DNA from: Squalus acanthias
Lineage: Eukaryota
Direction: 5' to 3'
Assembly: GCA_030390025.1 (NCBI GenBank)
Contig: CM059432.1
Coordinates: 19,718,001-19,782,000 of the forward strand
Length of the DNA: 64,000 nt
Below, piece after piece: positions 51,157 to 64,000 of this stretch (within the stretch, counting starts at the first letter, position 1; each line of letters begins with the position of its first letter). The notes under the pieces were generated by a model. The model was not told the origin of the DNA. It saw only the letters and a list, made by a program, of their open reading frames with translations, and searched no databases. The position numbers were made by a program, and so were the translations under genes.

Positions 51157-52972
51157 TCATAGAATCATAGAAACTTACAGCACAGAAGGAAGACATTCGG
51201 CCCGTCGTGCCATTGCTGTCTCTTTGAAAGAGCAGTCGTGCTTTGTCCCACACCCCCGCTTTTTGTCCGTAACCCTGTAAATTCCTTATCTTCAAGTACC
51301 TGGCCAACTCCCTTTTAAAATTATTTATGGAATCAGCTTCTACCACCTTTTCGGGTAGATCCCGCCAACTCTCTGAGTGGAAAAAATTCTCCTCATCTCC
51401 CTCTAGATCGTTGGCTAATGATTTTAAATCTATGGCCTTTGGTTATTGACCCACTCGCCCGAGAGAACAGCCTTTCTCTATCTATGCTGTCAAAACCCCT
51501 CATCATCTTGAAAACCTCTATTAGGTCACCTCTTAACCTTCTCTGTTCCAACCTCTCCTCATAACTGAAGTCTCTCATCCCTGGTAACTTCCTGGTAAAT
51601 CTTCTCTGCAGCCTTTCTGAGGCTTTTACATCTTCCCTAAAGTGTGGTGCCCAGAATTGTCCACATTACTACAGCTGAGGCCTAACCAGTGATTTTGTTT
51701 CATTTCCTGCTTTTTTCTCAGTTCTGACGAAGGGTTTCGACCTGAAACGTTAACTCTGTTTCTCTCTCCACGGATGCTGCCTGGCCTGCTGAGTTTTTCC
51801 AGCGTTTTCTGTTGTCAGTGATTTATAAAGTTCTAGCATGATCTCTTTGCTTTTATATTCTATTCCTCTATTTATAAACCCAAGTAACCCATACGTTTTT
51901 TTAACCACCTTATCAACTTGCCCTGCCACCTTTAAGGATTTGTTTATATGGACACCATGGTCTCTCTGCTCATCTACACTTTTCAAAATTGTGCCATTTA
52001 TAGTGTACTGTCCTTCCATATTAGTCCTCCCAAAGTGCATCACTCACACTTCTCTGCATTGAACTCCGTCTGTCATGCTTCTGCCCATTTCACCATCCTT
52101 TCTATGTCATCCTGAAGTCTACAACTATCCTCATCACTATCTACTGCGTTGCCAAGTTTCGTACCAACTGCAAACTTTATAATGCTGCTCCCTACACCCG
52201 AGTCTAGGTCGTTTATAAAAATTAAAAAGAGTAATGGACCCAAAACTGACCCTTGGGGAACACCACTGCAAACCATCTCCCAGTCTGAAAAATATCCATC
52301 CAGCACTATCCTCTGCTTCCTGTCACTGAGTCAATTCCGTATCCATACCGCCACTTTCCTCTTAATTCCATGGGCTTCCATCTTCTTAACAAGCCTCCTG
52401 TGTGGCACTTTGTTGAATGCCTTCCAAAAATTCATATATATAACATCTACTGCAATACCTTGATTAACCTTCTCTGTTTCCTCATCAAAGAATTCAATCT
52501 AGTCAGACACGATTTGCCTTTAACAAAGAAGCAATGCAGAGACGTGTGAAGTGATTAACCGATGCCTTTCCAAATGAAAGTTTATTTTGCCCCTGATAAT
52601 GGTTTCCAATAACCTTGCACCACTGCTGGCTGGCCTGTAGTTTCCTAGTTTAACCCTTTCCCCATTCTTGATTAGTGGTATAACATAAGGAAACCTCCAG
52701 TCCTCTGGCACTACTCCTGTATCCAATGAAGATTGAAAGATTATGAGCAATGCCTCTGCTATTTCTAGCTTTGCTTCTTTCAGCAACCTAGGATGCATTC
52801 CATCCGGACCAGATGACTTACCAACTTTCAGTAATGCTTATCTTTTTAGTACGTCTTCTCTATCTATTACTATCCTGTCCATAACTTCCCTCTCCTCTTT
52901 TAGTGTAACCTTCACATCATCCACTTCCTTGTGAAGACAGATGCAAAGTACTCATTTAATACTTCAGCCATG
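51157..52972 (-). mobile_element. CR1 LINE, degenerate
   Basis: HPRLLKEA, GVPQGSVLGPLLFLIFINDLD and RRLRGDLIEVFK; CATAGAAT tail. Confidence 0.9.
51696..51815 (+). mobile_element. 120-bp Penelope-derived hammerhead retroposon inserted in CR1
   Basis: 9-bp TSD CAGTGATTT; AGTT-CTGACGA-A-GGGT-TTCG-ACCT-GAAACGTT-AACT. Confidence 0.8.
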
Positions 52973-53060
52973 GGTATAAAACATTCTGTTCTCCCTTTTG
53001 CAAAAGAGAAGGATGCAATGGTTTTGTCAGGAAGTCATGTTAACTGGGTTATATGGCATA

Positions 53061-53268
53061 GGATAGAAATTCCGATTGGCAATGCTTGCATATGAATTAT
53101 TAGTTTACTAATAATAAGCACTTGTGCTACATTCCTGCCTGTGCTAACTTTTGCAGGCCTTAATCTGTTTATGTGTTAACACCATTTAAAAATAGTGCAC
53201 AAAGGAGTATGCACATGAGTATGTTAATGGTTCATACATGAATTTCTCTGATTGGAATTTTTATTCCT
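53061..53268. mobile_element. Old palindromic MITE
   Basis: Imperfect TIRs GGATAGAAATTCCGATT and GATTGGAATTTTTATTCC. Confidence 0.5.
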
Positions 53269-53377
53269 AGGTAGAGTAGGAGCAGAGAAACATCATGAGA
53301 CCCAGTAAACCATTCCCCTCTTCATAGATCACCTATCCCACCACCACTTCTCTTTCCAGAAATAACAAATACCAACA

Positions 53378-53897
53378 ATAACTTGCATTTATATAGCACC
53401 TATAACATCCCAAGGTGCTTCACAGGAGTGCAGTGAGAAAAAACTGACACCGAGCCAAAGAAGGAGACATTAGGATAGGTGAACAAAAGCTTGGTCAAAG
53501 AGGTAGGTTTTAAGGAGCATTTTAAAGGAAGAGAGAGAGAGAGGTGCAGAGGCAGAGAGGTTTAGGGAGGGAATTCCAGAGTTTAGGGCCTAGGGAGCTG
53601 AAGGTACAGCTGCCAGTGGTTGGATGAAGGAAGTGGGAGATGCACAAGAGTCCAAAGTTGGATGAATGCATAGGGTTGCAGAGATGGGGAGGGGCAAGGC
53701 CATGGAAGGATTTGAACACAATTATGAGAATTTTAAATTGGAGGTTTTGGTGTAGGTTAGCAAACACAGATGTGATGGGTGAACAGGACTTAGGATATTG
53801 GGCAGCAGTTTATGGAGGGTAGTAGATAAGAGGCTGGCATGGAGAGCATCGGAATAGTTGAGTCTGGAGGTAACTAAAACATGGATGATGGTTTCAT
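53378..53897 (-). mobile_element. L2 3' fragment
   Basis: FKILIIVFKSFHGLAP..LGPKLWNSLP and L2 tail. Confidence 0.85.
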
Positions 53898-53904
53898 CTG
53901 TTTA

Positions 53905-55350
53905 AGAGGTGTCTATTTGGCAGGATGTGACAAGTGATGTTTCCCTGAGTTCAGTACTGGGACATCAGCTTTTCATATATATATTAATGACTTGGATGAA
54001 GGAATAGAGAATTGTATATCTAAATTAGCAGCTGACATAATGCTAAGAGACACAGTAAGTTGTGTAGATGGGAGCAGGAAATTACAAATGGGCATAGACA
54101 GACTAAGTGAGTGAGCAAAACGATGGAAGATGGACTTCAATGTGGGCAAGGGTGAAATCATCCACTTTGGATCCGGCAAATCAAAATCGTTTCTTCATGT
54201 TGAGAGACTTGGAACTGTGGAGGAGCAAAGAGCTTTCGAGTCCATGTACACAAATTACTAAAACTCAGTGCACCGGTACAAAAAGTAATCAATAAGCTAA
54301 TGGGATGTTGGCTTTTTCTTGGTCAGACCCCATCTGAGATATTGGCCCTGAATTTGCGGGCGGAGGCTTTCCGCGGGGAAATGCCCCCGATCAGCAAATA
54401 AAATGCCCGCGTACCTGGTGGTCCGGGAGGTACGGAGACTCGTGGTCCTGGGGCTCCCCGGGTACCCGCGGGAAGAGGCCCACGTACCCCAGGGGCGCAG
54501 GCGGTTCGCAAGCGCCCCTGGGATCACGTGGGCCGGCCCAACCAATAAAAGAAGGGGATCCCCATTCATGCTTATGGGGATTCCATATGTACGGAAACCC
54601 CATAAGCATGAATGGGAATACCCCAAAAAATACATCTACACATCAATTTTTTTTTTAAAATTACGTAGTTAAAATTAATTAAAATGCCATTTAATTAAAT
54701 ATTTAAAACAAAAAATAAATTTTTTGAAAAATAAATTAAATGTTTTAAAGGGGTTAAAAGTAAACTTACCTTATTGCACAGGTTTTTTAACGTATAAATG
54801 ATTGAAATTTTAAAAAAAAATTTAACTCTTTCGCTGGTAAAAGCAGGCCTTCCACTTTTACCAGGTGTAAGAATTTCACGGGCATTTGCTGGGCAGAATA
54901 GCAAGTAGCCCAACTCTCCGCCAGCGGGTGCCCTTTTCCCGGGAATGCGTTGGATCTGTCAAGGGAATTCTTGACAGATCGCAAGTTCCGGGTCTTCACG
55001 CGTGAAAACCCGGAACTTGGACTGCCCTTACGGGCATGTAGGCACCTTGTACGCGCCCGTAAGAGCCGCAAACTATGGGCCATTATGTTCAGTTTTGGGC
55101 ATCAAACCTCAGGAAAGATATATTGGCCTTGGAAGGTGTACAGCACAGATTCACCACAATGATACCAGGGCTTAAAGAGTTAAATAATGAGGACAGGTTG
55201 CATTAACTTGGCTTGTATTCCCTTGAGTTTAGAAGGTTGAGGAGTGATCTAATCAAGGTCTTTAAAATGATAAAGGCATTCGATAGGGTTGATACAGAGA
55301 AACTATTTCCTCTGGTGGGGGAATCCAGAACAAAGGAGCATAATCTTAAT
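53905..55350 (+). mobile_element. Degenerate CR1 interrupted by a MITE
   Basis: YINDLDEG-like region; CR1 continues after 55081. Confidence 0.8.
54344..55081 (-). mobile_element. Harbinger-type MITE (family A-related)
   Basis: ATT TSD; GGCCCTGAATTTGCGG and CCGCAAACTATGGGCC. Confidence 0.85.
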
Positions 55351-55399
55351 GGTTCGATTCCAGAACATTACTTTGTTTTGGGTTAAAAATTTCCATCTG

Positions 55400-56520
55400 A
55401 CATCCTTTCCTACTCATAACTTCCTAATTTTTACACTCGTGTCCCAATATATTAGAACTCTTCATCATAGCGAGCGTAGTGAGTATTTGTCTAGGAGAAT
55501 GCTGGATAGCATATCAGGAAAAGACAAAATTGAAAATGATTTTAATTACATCAACAGATACCTGAAAAGTAAAGGAAAACATATTGGTCACAAATTCAGA
55601 AGGGGAAAGATTGCTCAACACAAGAGAACATTAAATAATATTATTTTATAGAGAAGTAAAATGGCAAAGATGGTAATTCAGTAAGGTATGATCTGAGCAT
55701 TAATTCCTTCTGCAGAAGTTTTCTTGGCATTGTGACTCAATGAAACAGGAATTGTAAGTGCAGGAAAAGAGGACCATAGATCTTTGGTAGGAATACCATC
55801 AAGACAAAAAATCCTTAAGATTGGAGAACAACTGGATATAATCATGGCATTATGGTTGGCTGCTGGTATTACTGGCTTCTGCTGGGATTCGAGTTTGCGG
55901 CTGTAAAGATTAGCAGAAGTATTTACATATCTCAGCCCCTGGGATGTACCATTGTGAATTGGTGAAGTGGACACCATCCTATTCACGATATGTAAAAAAA
56001 AAACCTTCAATATAGCTCATAACTTTTCAGGATTTATATGATGATTAAAAATTTTAAATGTTAACTTGCAATATCGAATAGTGTAAATTGAAAAAGTTAG
56101 TAAATTAGCAGCATTTAGACAACTGGGTAGATTTAGGCAATGATATTTGATATGAAGGATACGCAGCATTCAAAAGCATCAGAAGCAAGAATAGAAATGT
56201 TGCAAAGGATGAAGCCAAGGCTGAAATGATGGACCACAACACTTTTGTGAGCTATTAAACACAGAAGGTCCAAATGACATTGTAGAGAAAGGTTTAACTA
56301 ATGTAGAATTCTCTGATATAAATCTGGAAGATATGACAGTTGAAGAGATTGAAAAAGCTGCCAGAAAATTGAAATCTGGCAGCTCCCAAGAGTAGGTGAG
56401 ATAACTGTTAGTATTTTAAAGCACAAAAGCAATGATTTGAAAAAGTTATTACACCAGCTTTGCAGTGCTATATGGAGAGATCAAGTATTTCTCAAAAGAG
56501 CAGGAAGTGATCTATTGTTG
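55400..56520 (+). mobile_element. Ancient LINE relic (RTE-like endonuclease/RT linker)
   Basis: DINLEDMTVEEIEKAARKLKSG..EITVSILK..LLHQLCSAIW near 56315-56480; many stops and frameshifts. Confidence 0.55.
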
Positions 56521-57060
56521 CAATTCACGAGCTGTAAAATTTGTAATATCAATATAAAAGCAAGTGAATTTGGGACTCCATTCTGATCTTCAGTTTTCAC
56601 CCTAGGAACACTTGGTTTTGTCCGACAACAATTGCTGAAGCTTTCATCAAACAAGGAAATTGGCCCAGATCACATTGACACTAAATTACTGACATTGTCT
56701 GCAGCCTGGTGACATACATCAATACCATCTTCAAACACAACTTAATCTCTTCTGGTTTGGATGGCTGCCAAAGGTACCACAGCATTCAAACAATCAAGCC
56801 CCTGAAAAGGAGAACACCATCTACCTGGCTTCTTCATTCTTTCTTCTAAAATTGAAGTTCAGAGTTCAATGCACCCATTAAATGTCCATTCATTTGGCAA
56901 AAATAAAGGTAATACCAAGTAGCAATGAGATTGGAATCAACATAGGCATAGAAATAATCCAAAACTAAATATTATAGGGGTAGAAATTGGTATGCATTGT
57001 GCCTGTTTTTCGGGCAAAAAAATAGGCGTAAAGCATACTAGTTTAACAGTGGGATACAAT

Positions 57061-57904
57061 GGGCTGGATTTTGAAACTGGGGACGTGATGGAGGCGGGAC
57101 TCCCACTTTTTGGGTTGTAGTCCCGCCTCCATCAACTTGTGGCCAACCCACTGTATTTTCACTTGATTGACCTTGTTGAGCCCGCCCAGCGGGCTCAGCA
57201 GGCCAATTAAGGGCCACCTGGCAACAGGTGACATCATAGATTGACATTTCATCTGTCAAGAGCTTTTGACAGATGAAATATCAGCGTTTGACAGCTCTTT
57301 GAAGCTGTCAAACACTGACAATCTGTACTCTAAGTTAATTCCTTCCTCTCAGGCTGATTTAGAGATCTCTGCAGAACAAAAAGCAGAGGCTGCAGCTTTT
57401 GACAGCTCAACGGCCATTCTGCTTTCTGTGCCGGTTAGATTTCTGACTCCCGAGACCTGAAGGGCTGACACCTCCAGGAGGAAGTTAAGGTAAGTAAAAC
57501 TTTTTTTCCACACTTTACACTTACCTTACACACTTACCTCTGCACACATGCACCCATCACTCACCTGCCCACCGGACATATCGACCCCTCCAACCCCTGC
57601 AGATCCATGGTCCGCCTCGCTGAAACGGCGTGGTTGGGACCTGTCGGAGAGCCCACATTTCAGGCATAAAAATAGGGATTAGGCAAAAAACTGCCTGTTA
57701 ACTACCTGCTAATAGGCAGTTTATTGCCACTAATCCCCTTCCCGCCTCGGGGAGGCGGGTCCCAGCACAGGTCGGGTACCCGCCTCCAGCGAAACTGGCA
57801 TGGAGGCGGGTTGGGGGCGGGATGGGGTCGGGACCCCCGATTCAGCTATTTTCAATCCAGTCCCGCCTCCAAACCCGCCTCCACGGCTCAATGAAATTCT
57901 GCCC
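57061..57904 (+). mobile_element. Harbinger-type MITE, family B (nested in another TIR element starting ~56977)
   Basis: AAT TSD; GGGCTGGATTTT..AAATTCTGCCC. Confidence 0.9.
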
Positions 57905-59189
57905 AATGTGTCCCAATCTGCACAGGCGGTAGTCCCACTCCTAAATTTGCGGTGCTCGTTTTTATGCGACTCTGTTGAGGACCACTTATCGAAATTTTCT
58001 CCGATGAGCGAGGGGAGACATCAGAATCTCCAGCGACTCCAAACAAAAGGATTTTTTTTTTAACGCTACTGTGGAGCCTGAGGAGAAGGAGTCCTCCTCC
58101 GAATCCACAGGAGTCGTGATCGCCACCCACCCCCTCCCCTCCCGGGGCATACCTGAGTGCCACTGTTGGCAAGGCAGATGGCCCAAAATTGAAGTCGTCG
58201 CTTGGGCGAGTTGCCTGCGGAAGCGCGACCAACACCAACAGCTCGTGTCGTGTATGCTAATATATTCATTCATATAAATACGTTAAATGCATTCTGTAAC
58301 TGCCGCATTGATTTATGTATCTGCAGTGGCTAAGGAAACACTATTAATTTTCAAGGAACCAATGAAGAAGAAAGTTGTTTCATTGACTCTGGCGAGAGCT
58401 CTTCCAAATGTTTTGCAAATTCTTACAGTGGAGTACGCCCCGACCCCACTTCCATCATCACACTCCAAGACTCCCATGAGCAAAACCACAGCAGATCTGC
58501 TAGAATAATGTCCTTTATCTGTCACATTGCAGGCATCACATTGGCGATGCAAAGTATGCATCACACTTGTACCTGATTGGCTCAAACTGAATTGATAAGA
58601 CAGCAACAAATTAGAAATGAGTAAGCAGGAAACATCAGTAAGTAGCAAGCAGGGATGAAAACCAGCTATCAAGGAGGTCAAATAATAGTCAGTCAATAAG
58701 AGCTGCAAATACTTTAAAAAAAATCCTTTCAGCTTATTATCTTGGGTTCTCAGCTAAGCCAAGGACTTTCTATTGCAAGTAAGGCTTCTAACATAATAAA
58801 GACTTCAAAAGTACAAGCTTCACAAGAAAATAATTACAATTGCAGATTCAATCGCATTGTGTGTGTTTGAAATGTCTATGAAAAAATTGTTTCCATTAGA
58901 GGCATATGCTTATGTGAGAAACTTCAGCCTGGAATTCATAGGGGTTCCCAGAGGCATCAAGCTCAGCTGAGAGGCTGGAGCTCCCAGCAGGCAGTTGTGT
59001 GTAGAACCCATAGAATTACTGTTTTTAATATATGATTCACAACAAGACTAGCCATTGAACACTTGTTTGTAAGCTCCAGCCCCTGCTGCACTCTTTGGAT
59101 TTGATGGAAAATGATGACAGATGAAACTAGCAGCACCTATAGTCAAGAGTTCAAATCCCACCATAGCAAGTTGTGGACTTGAATTCAAT

Positions 59190-60011
59190 GGGCAGAATTT
59201 TCATTGACCCGTGGAGGTGGGTTTGGAGGCGTGTGGGGTGGGAAAATAGCAGATTCGGGGGCCCCGAACCCATCCCGCCCCAATCCTCCTCCATGCCAGT
59301 TTCACAGGAGGCAGGTACCCGACCTGTGCTGACCCGCCTCCCCGAGGCGGGAAGGGGATTAGTGCCAATAAACTGCCTGTTAACAGGTAGTTAACAGGCA
59401 GTTTTTTGCCTAATCCCTATTTTTGGCCCTGAAGTGTGGGCTTCCCGACAGGTCTGAACCACGGCGATTTAGTGAGGCGGACCGTCGGTCTGGAGGGCTT
59501 GGAGGGGTCGAGATGTCCAGTGTGCAGGTGAGTGATGGGTGCATGAGTGCAGAGGTAAGTGTGTTTGGTGTGTGTAAAGTGTTTTAAGAACTTGTACTTA
59601 CCTTAACTTTGTCCTTCAGGCTAAGGTGTCAGGAGTCCCTCACATCCACAGCACAGAAAGCAGAATGGCCGCGGAGCTGTCAAAAGCTGCAGTCTCTGCT
59701 TTCTGTGCTGGATTGATTTCTAACTGAGTCTAAGTACAGGGACTCACGTTAGAAATCATATTGTCAGCTTCACAGAGCTGTCAAACGCTGAAATTTCATC
59801 TGTCAAAAGCTCTTGACAGATGAAATTTCAGTGGCTGACGTCACCTATATCCAAGGGACCCTTGATTGGCCTGCTAAGCCCGCTGGGCGGGCTTAACAAG
59901 GTAAATCAAGGGAAAATACAGTGGGTTGGCCACAAGTCGATGGAGGCGGGACTACAACCCAAAAAGTGGGAGTCCCGCCTCCATCACGTCGCCATTGACA
60001 AAATCCAGCCC
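59190..60011 (-). mobile_element. Harbinger-type MITE, family B, inverted; inserted in a SINE head
   Basis: AAT TSD; reverse-complement homolog of 57061-57904. Confidence 0.9.
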
Positions 60012-60152
60012 AATGAATCTGATAATTTGCAGGCTTGCACCTGAAACAAAAGTGGCCATGAAAGCTGATGAATTGTAATAAAAGCCAATTGGTTCATTAA
60101 TGTCGTTCAGGAGAAGGAACCTACCTCGCCTACTTTCCTAGTCTCACACTCT

Positions 60153-61598
60153 GGGCTGGATTTTCCCGGGTTCACCCCCACAAGGTGCAGCGGGACCCCG
60201 ACCCCGGGGCTGAGTCGTGATCCTGGGGGGGTGTTCCAGGCCCCGGGGGGGATATGGGCTGATGGTGGGGGAGCTTGTTTGGTGGCTGGGAGGAAGCACT
60301 CCTGCTCCTCCCGGCCCACAAGGATTGTTCCCTGAGGCTGAGGCCGCCTCGTTGCAGCCACCGGGACTCCCAAGCCCTGGGATCCCCGGCCGCCTGTAGT
60401 AAAACCGGCAAAGCAGGTTAAAGTAGAGGCTTCAGGCCTCATTCTAATATTTAAATTGACAAGTCGCCTCCTGACAGCGGGTTGGCAGCCTGCCCCCCCA
60501 CCGTCCCACCTGAGTGAAAGGTGAAAGTGGGCGGGTTGGGGTCGGGTTTTCCCCCAAGCCTCTAACCCACCCGTTCTTACCTCTGAAAATTCCGGCCTGC
60601 CTGTTGAGACACTTTGGCTGGAAAGCTGTCAGGAAACCTGGGAGAAGAGGTTTCCTACAGGCTCTGCCGAATTTAACGTCAGGGCCTGATTTACCTTTAA
60701 AATCACTGTTTCCCACCTGTAGCCAGTCTGATCGAGTGGCGGCTGGCAGTTTGTTGGGTGGGTAGGCCTGCGGCACCAGGCTGCAGAGAGGAGGGAGGGA
60801 GTTATCGGGGCAAGGGGGGGGTTTCGGAGGCCATTGAGGGATCAGGGGGCGGAGGGGGAAGGTCGGAAGGTGATCGGGGGCTGGAGGGGGGATCAGGGGC
60901 TGGAGGGGGGAGGTCGGAAGGCTGGAAGGTGATCGGCGACTGGAGTTGGCAGGTCGGCAGGCTGGGGGGGGGGGCGGCATCAGAAACCAGAGGGGAGGTC
61001 GGGGGCTGGAGTGGCGATTGGGGGGCCGGGGAACGAGGATCGAAGGCCGGAGGGGGAATCTGAGGCCTCGCTGTGGGGGAGGGGAGTGGTTCAGAGGCTT
61101 CAGGGAGGGGGGGGGAGGGTGGTCGGGGAGAGAGAGGAAGGGACGGGGGGCTGTCCAATTGCGAGGAAGGAATGCTGGATCCAGCAGGTAAGTGGAAAGG
61201 CACTTACCTCATGGATCCAGCAGGTAAGTGGAAAGGCACTTACCTCATGGATCCAGCAGGTAAGTGGAAAGGCACTTACCTCATGGATCCAGCAGGTAAG
61301 TGGAAAGGCACTTACCTCATGGATCCAGCAGTCCTCTCCTTCTTTTGGCTGACAGGTTTCCCGAGGCCACAGTTAAATTTAAAATGGTGGCTCACCATGA
61401 GGCACGGAGCCTTATCACAATATTTGAAGTGGCAGCCCGCCTCCTGCAAGCAGATTGGCTGCCCGCCCCCCCATCCCGCCTCTGTTAAAACCGGAAGCGG
61501 GCGGGTTGGAGGCGGTTGTGGATGGGATTCACATTTTCAACACTTTAACCTCCCACCCGACCCCAACCCACCCGTTTGTTGGGGTTAAAATTCGCCCC
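60153..61598. mobile_element. Harbinger-type MITE with G-rich low-complexity core and a 36-bp tandem array
   Basis: Termini GGGCTGGATTTT and AAAATTCGCCCC; TSD not clean. Confidence 0.7.
61177..61330. repeat. 36-bp perfect tandem repeat x4.3
   Basis: GGATCCAGCAGGTAAGTGGAAAGGCACTTACCTCAT. Confidence 0.97.
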
Positions 61599-61674
61599 TT
61601 AATGTTCCATGAAGTTGCCTTAACAGGGCACTCAGTTGAAAAACAATTGTCATCAAGCAAGCAGAAAACTCATC

Positions 61675-62508
61675 GGGCTCAATTTTGATACTGGGGTCGG
61701 GTTGGTGTCGTGAATCCCACATTTTGGGTTGTAGACCCGCCTCCATCGAGATGTGGCCAACCCACTGTATTTTTACTTGATTGACCTTGTTGAGCCCGCC
61801 CAGTGGGCTCAGCAGGCCAATTAAGAGCCACCCGGCAACTGGTGACGTCACAGATTGCCATTTCATCTGTCAAGAGCTTTTGACAGATGAAATATCAGCG
61901 TTTGACAGCTCTGTGAAGCTGTCAAACACTGACAATATGATTTCTAACTTGAGTCCTTCCTCTCAGGCTGAGTTAGAAATCATTCCAGCACAGAAAACAG
62001 AAGGCTGCAGTTTTTGACAGTACCACGGCTTTTCTGCTTTCTGTGCCGGTGAGATTTCTGACTCCCGAGAACTGAAGGGCTGACACCTGCAGGAGGAAGT
62101 TAAGGTAAGTGAAACTTTTTCCCACACTTAGCACTTACCTTACACACTTACCTCTGCACACATGCACCCATCACTCACCTGCCCACCGGACATATCGACC
62201 CCTCCAACCCCTGCAGACCCATGGTCCGCCCCGATAACTTGGCGTGGTTGCCACCTGTCGGAGAGCCCACATTTCAGGCATAAAAATAGGGATTAGACAA
62301 AAAACTGCCTGTTAGCAACCTGCTAACAGGCAGTTTATTGCCACTAATCGCCTTCCCGCCTCGGGGAGTCGGGTCTCAGTACAGGTCGGGTACCCGCCGC
62401 CAGCGAAACTGGCATGGAGGCGGGATGGGGTCGGGACCCCCGAATCTGCAACTTTAACCCCCCACACGCCTCCAAACCCGACTTCACGGGTCATTGAAAA
62501 TCCAGCCC
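61675..62508 (+). mobile_element. Harbinger-type MITE, family B
   Basis: ATC/ACC flanks; highly similar to 57061-57904. Confidence 0.9.
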
Positions 62509-63160
62509 ACCGTCTCTTTTCATGACAACTCAGGATGGGCAATAAACATATCATCGTTCGCATCCAAAGAAATAAGAAAACACACTGGGAAGCCATTATT
62601 AGTCGTCAAGTTCATCTTAATTTGTTTTTTGTATAAAACATCACAAATACGGTAAATCATGGTTTTTTCTGAGGTAAATTTAAAAGCAAAAATGGTATAA
62701 ACTAGGGAATAGATCTCCCACAAATACAGTCAGCAAGAACACAAATACAACTGAGGAGAAAGCTACCAAGTGATGAAGAAGCGGGTCTTTATATGTTGTC
62801 ATCTGTTCCAAATTGTTAGAGCAGCTGCCTTTCTCGTATTTGTTTATTCTGAGAACTCAAAAACAATCATTTACATATTCACAGTAACAAGCACTGGAAG
62901 GACTGTAGCATTATTCAAGTTTGGGCAGATGTTGTGACTGTAAGTCCTGATTTAAATGTAGAACGAAATAGAGTATTTTGGTAGCACTAGGCACTGTTGC
63001 AGAGATAAAGAAAAAAAATGTAAATACAATGAGCTACTTCCCTGTAATTCATGCAGAAGTGTATGTAAGTATGGTTTTGATTTAGCTACCTAGAGTAATG
63101 AAGGAAAACACTGTTTATTTTCCAGGGAACAAGCAAAAAATATTTACTGGAGTGTGTCTG

Positions 63161-63770
63161 AACATAAGAACATAAGAAACAGGAGCAGGAGTAGGCCAAT
63201 CGGCCCCTCGAGCCTGCTCCGCCATTCAATAAGATCATGGCTGATCCAATCTTGGCCTCAACACCACTTTCCCGTTCTCTCCCCATACCCCTTGACTCCC
63301 TTGTAGTTCAAATATCTGTCAATCTCCGCCTTGAATATATTCAGTGACTCCGCCTCCACAGCTCTCCGGGGTAGAGAATTCCAAAGATTCACGACCCTCT
63401 GAGAGAAGAAATTCCTCCTCATCTCCGTCTTAAATGGGCGACCCCTTATTCTGAAACTATGCCCCTAGTTCTAGATACCCCCACGAGGGGAAACATCCTC
63501 TCAGCATCACCCTGTCAATCCCCCTCAGAATCTTATATGTTTCAATAAGGTCACCTCTCATTCTTCTAAACTCCAATGAGTATAGGCTCAACCTGCTCAA
63601 CCTTTCGTCATACGTCAACCCCTTCATCCCAGGAATCAACCTAGTGAACCTTCTCTGTACTGCCTCCAATGCAAGTATATCCTTCCTTAAATATGGAGAC
63701 CAAAACTGTACACAGTACTCCAGGTGCGGTCTCACCAGCGCCCTGTAAAGTTGCATCCAAACTTCCCTAC
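63161..63770 (-). mobile_element. CR1 LINE 3' fragment
   Basis: LVRPHLEYCVQFWSPYLRKDIL; AACATAAG tail repeats. Confidence 0.92.
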
Positions 63771-64000
63771 TTTTGGGCGGCATTGTTTACAAATTTCTTT
63801 GGAAATTCTTTCCGTGGAATTGTGCACCTCCCTCTTTGTAACAGCATAACATCTGACAATGTGAGTAACACCACAGATAATCTGCTATGTTTAGTAATAA
63901 AGTAATATAAACAGTGCTCTTCCAGTACTTTCCTCTAACTCAGCACTTCAAACATCTGAAAGTGTGTTACTGTGGGGTTTTTTTTATTATCAGTGCAGTG

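Noticed and set aside
60444..61203. Proline- and glycine-rich ORFs
   Set aside because: Translation of the G-rich low-complexity MITE core.
61177..61330. CRISPR-like array (36-bp repeat with hairpin)
   Set aside because: Units are head-to-tail with no spacers, there are no cas genes, and the context is vertebrate.

Overview
Repeat-dominated, apparently non-coding (intronic or intergenic) vertebrate DNA. The repeat complement points to a cartilaginous fish such as a shark (inference): CR1, L2 and RTE LINEs, SacSINE1/Deu-type SINEs, Penelope-derived units and PIF/Harbinger transposons. I could not recognise a host protein-coding gene. Nearly all listed ORFs are transposon relics or tandem-repeat artefacts. 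Main content: (1) three degenerate Harbinger elements, one retaining a near-intact three-exon Myb/SANT gene after losing its transposase; (2) about a dozen Harbinger-type MITEs, mostly with 3-bp AAT/ATT/TAA/TTA target duplications; (3) Penelope-derived short units carrying minimal hammerhead-ribozyme cores, one as a perfect 202-bp palindrome; (4) a ~4.4-kb 27-bp minisatellite grown inside a MITE; (5) several nested insertions. The most unusual signal is that distinct MITE families carry consensus 5' splice-donor/U1 sites (GGTAAGT) at conserved positions next to promoter-type motifs. In one element a two-donor hairpin is tandemly amplified. Family names come from remembered motifs, not database searches.
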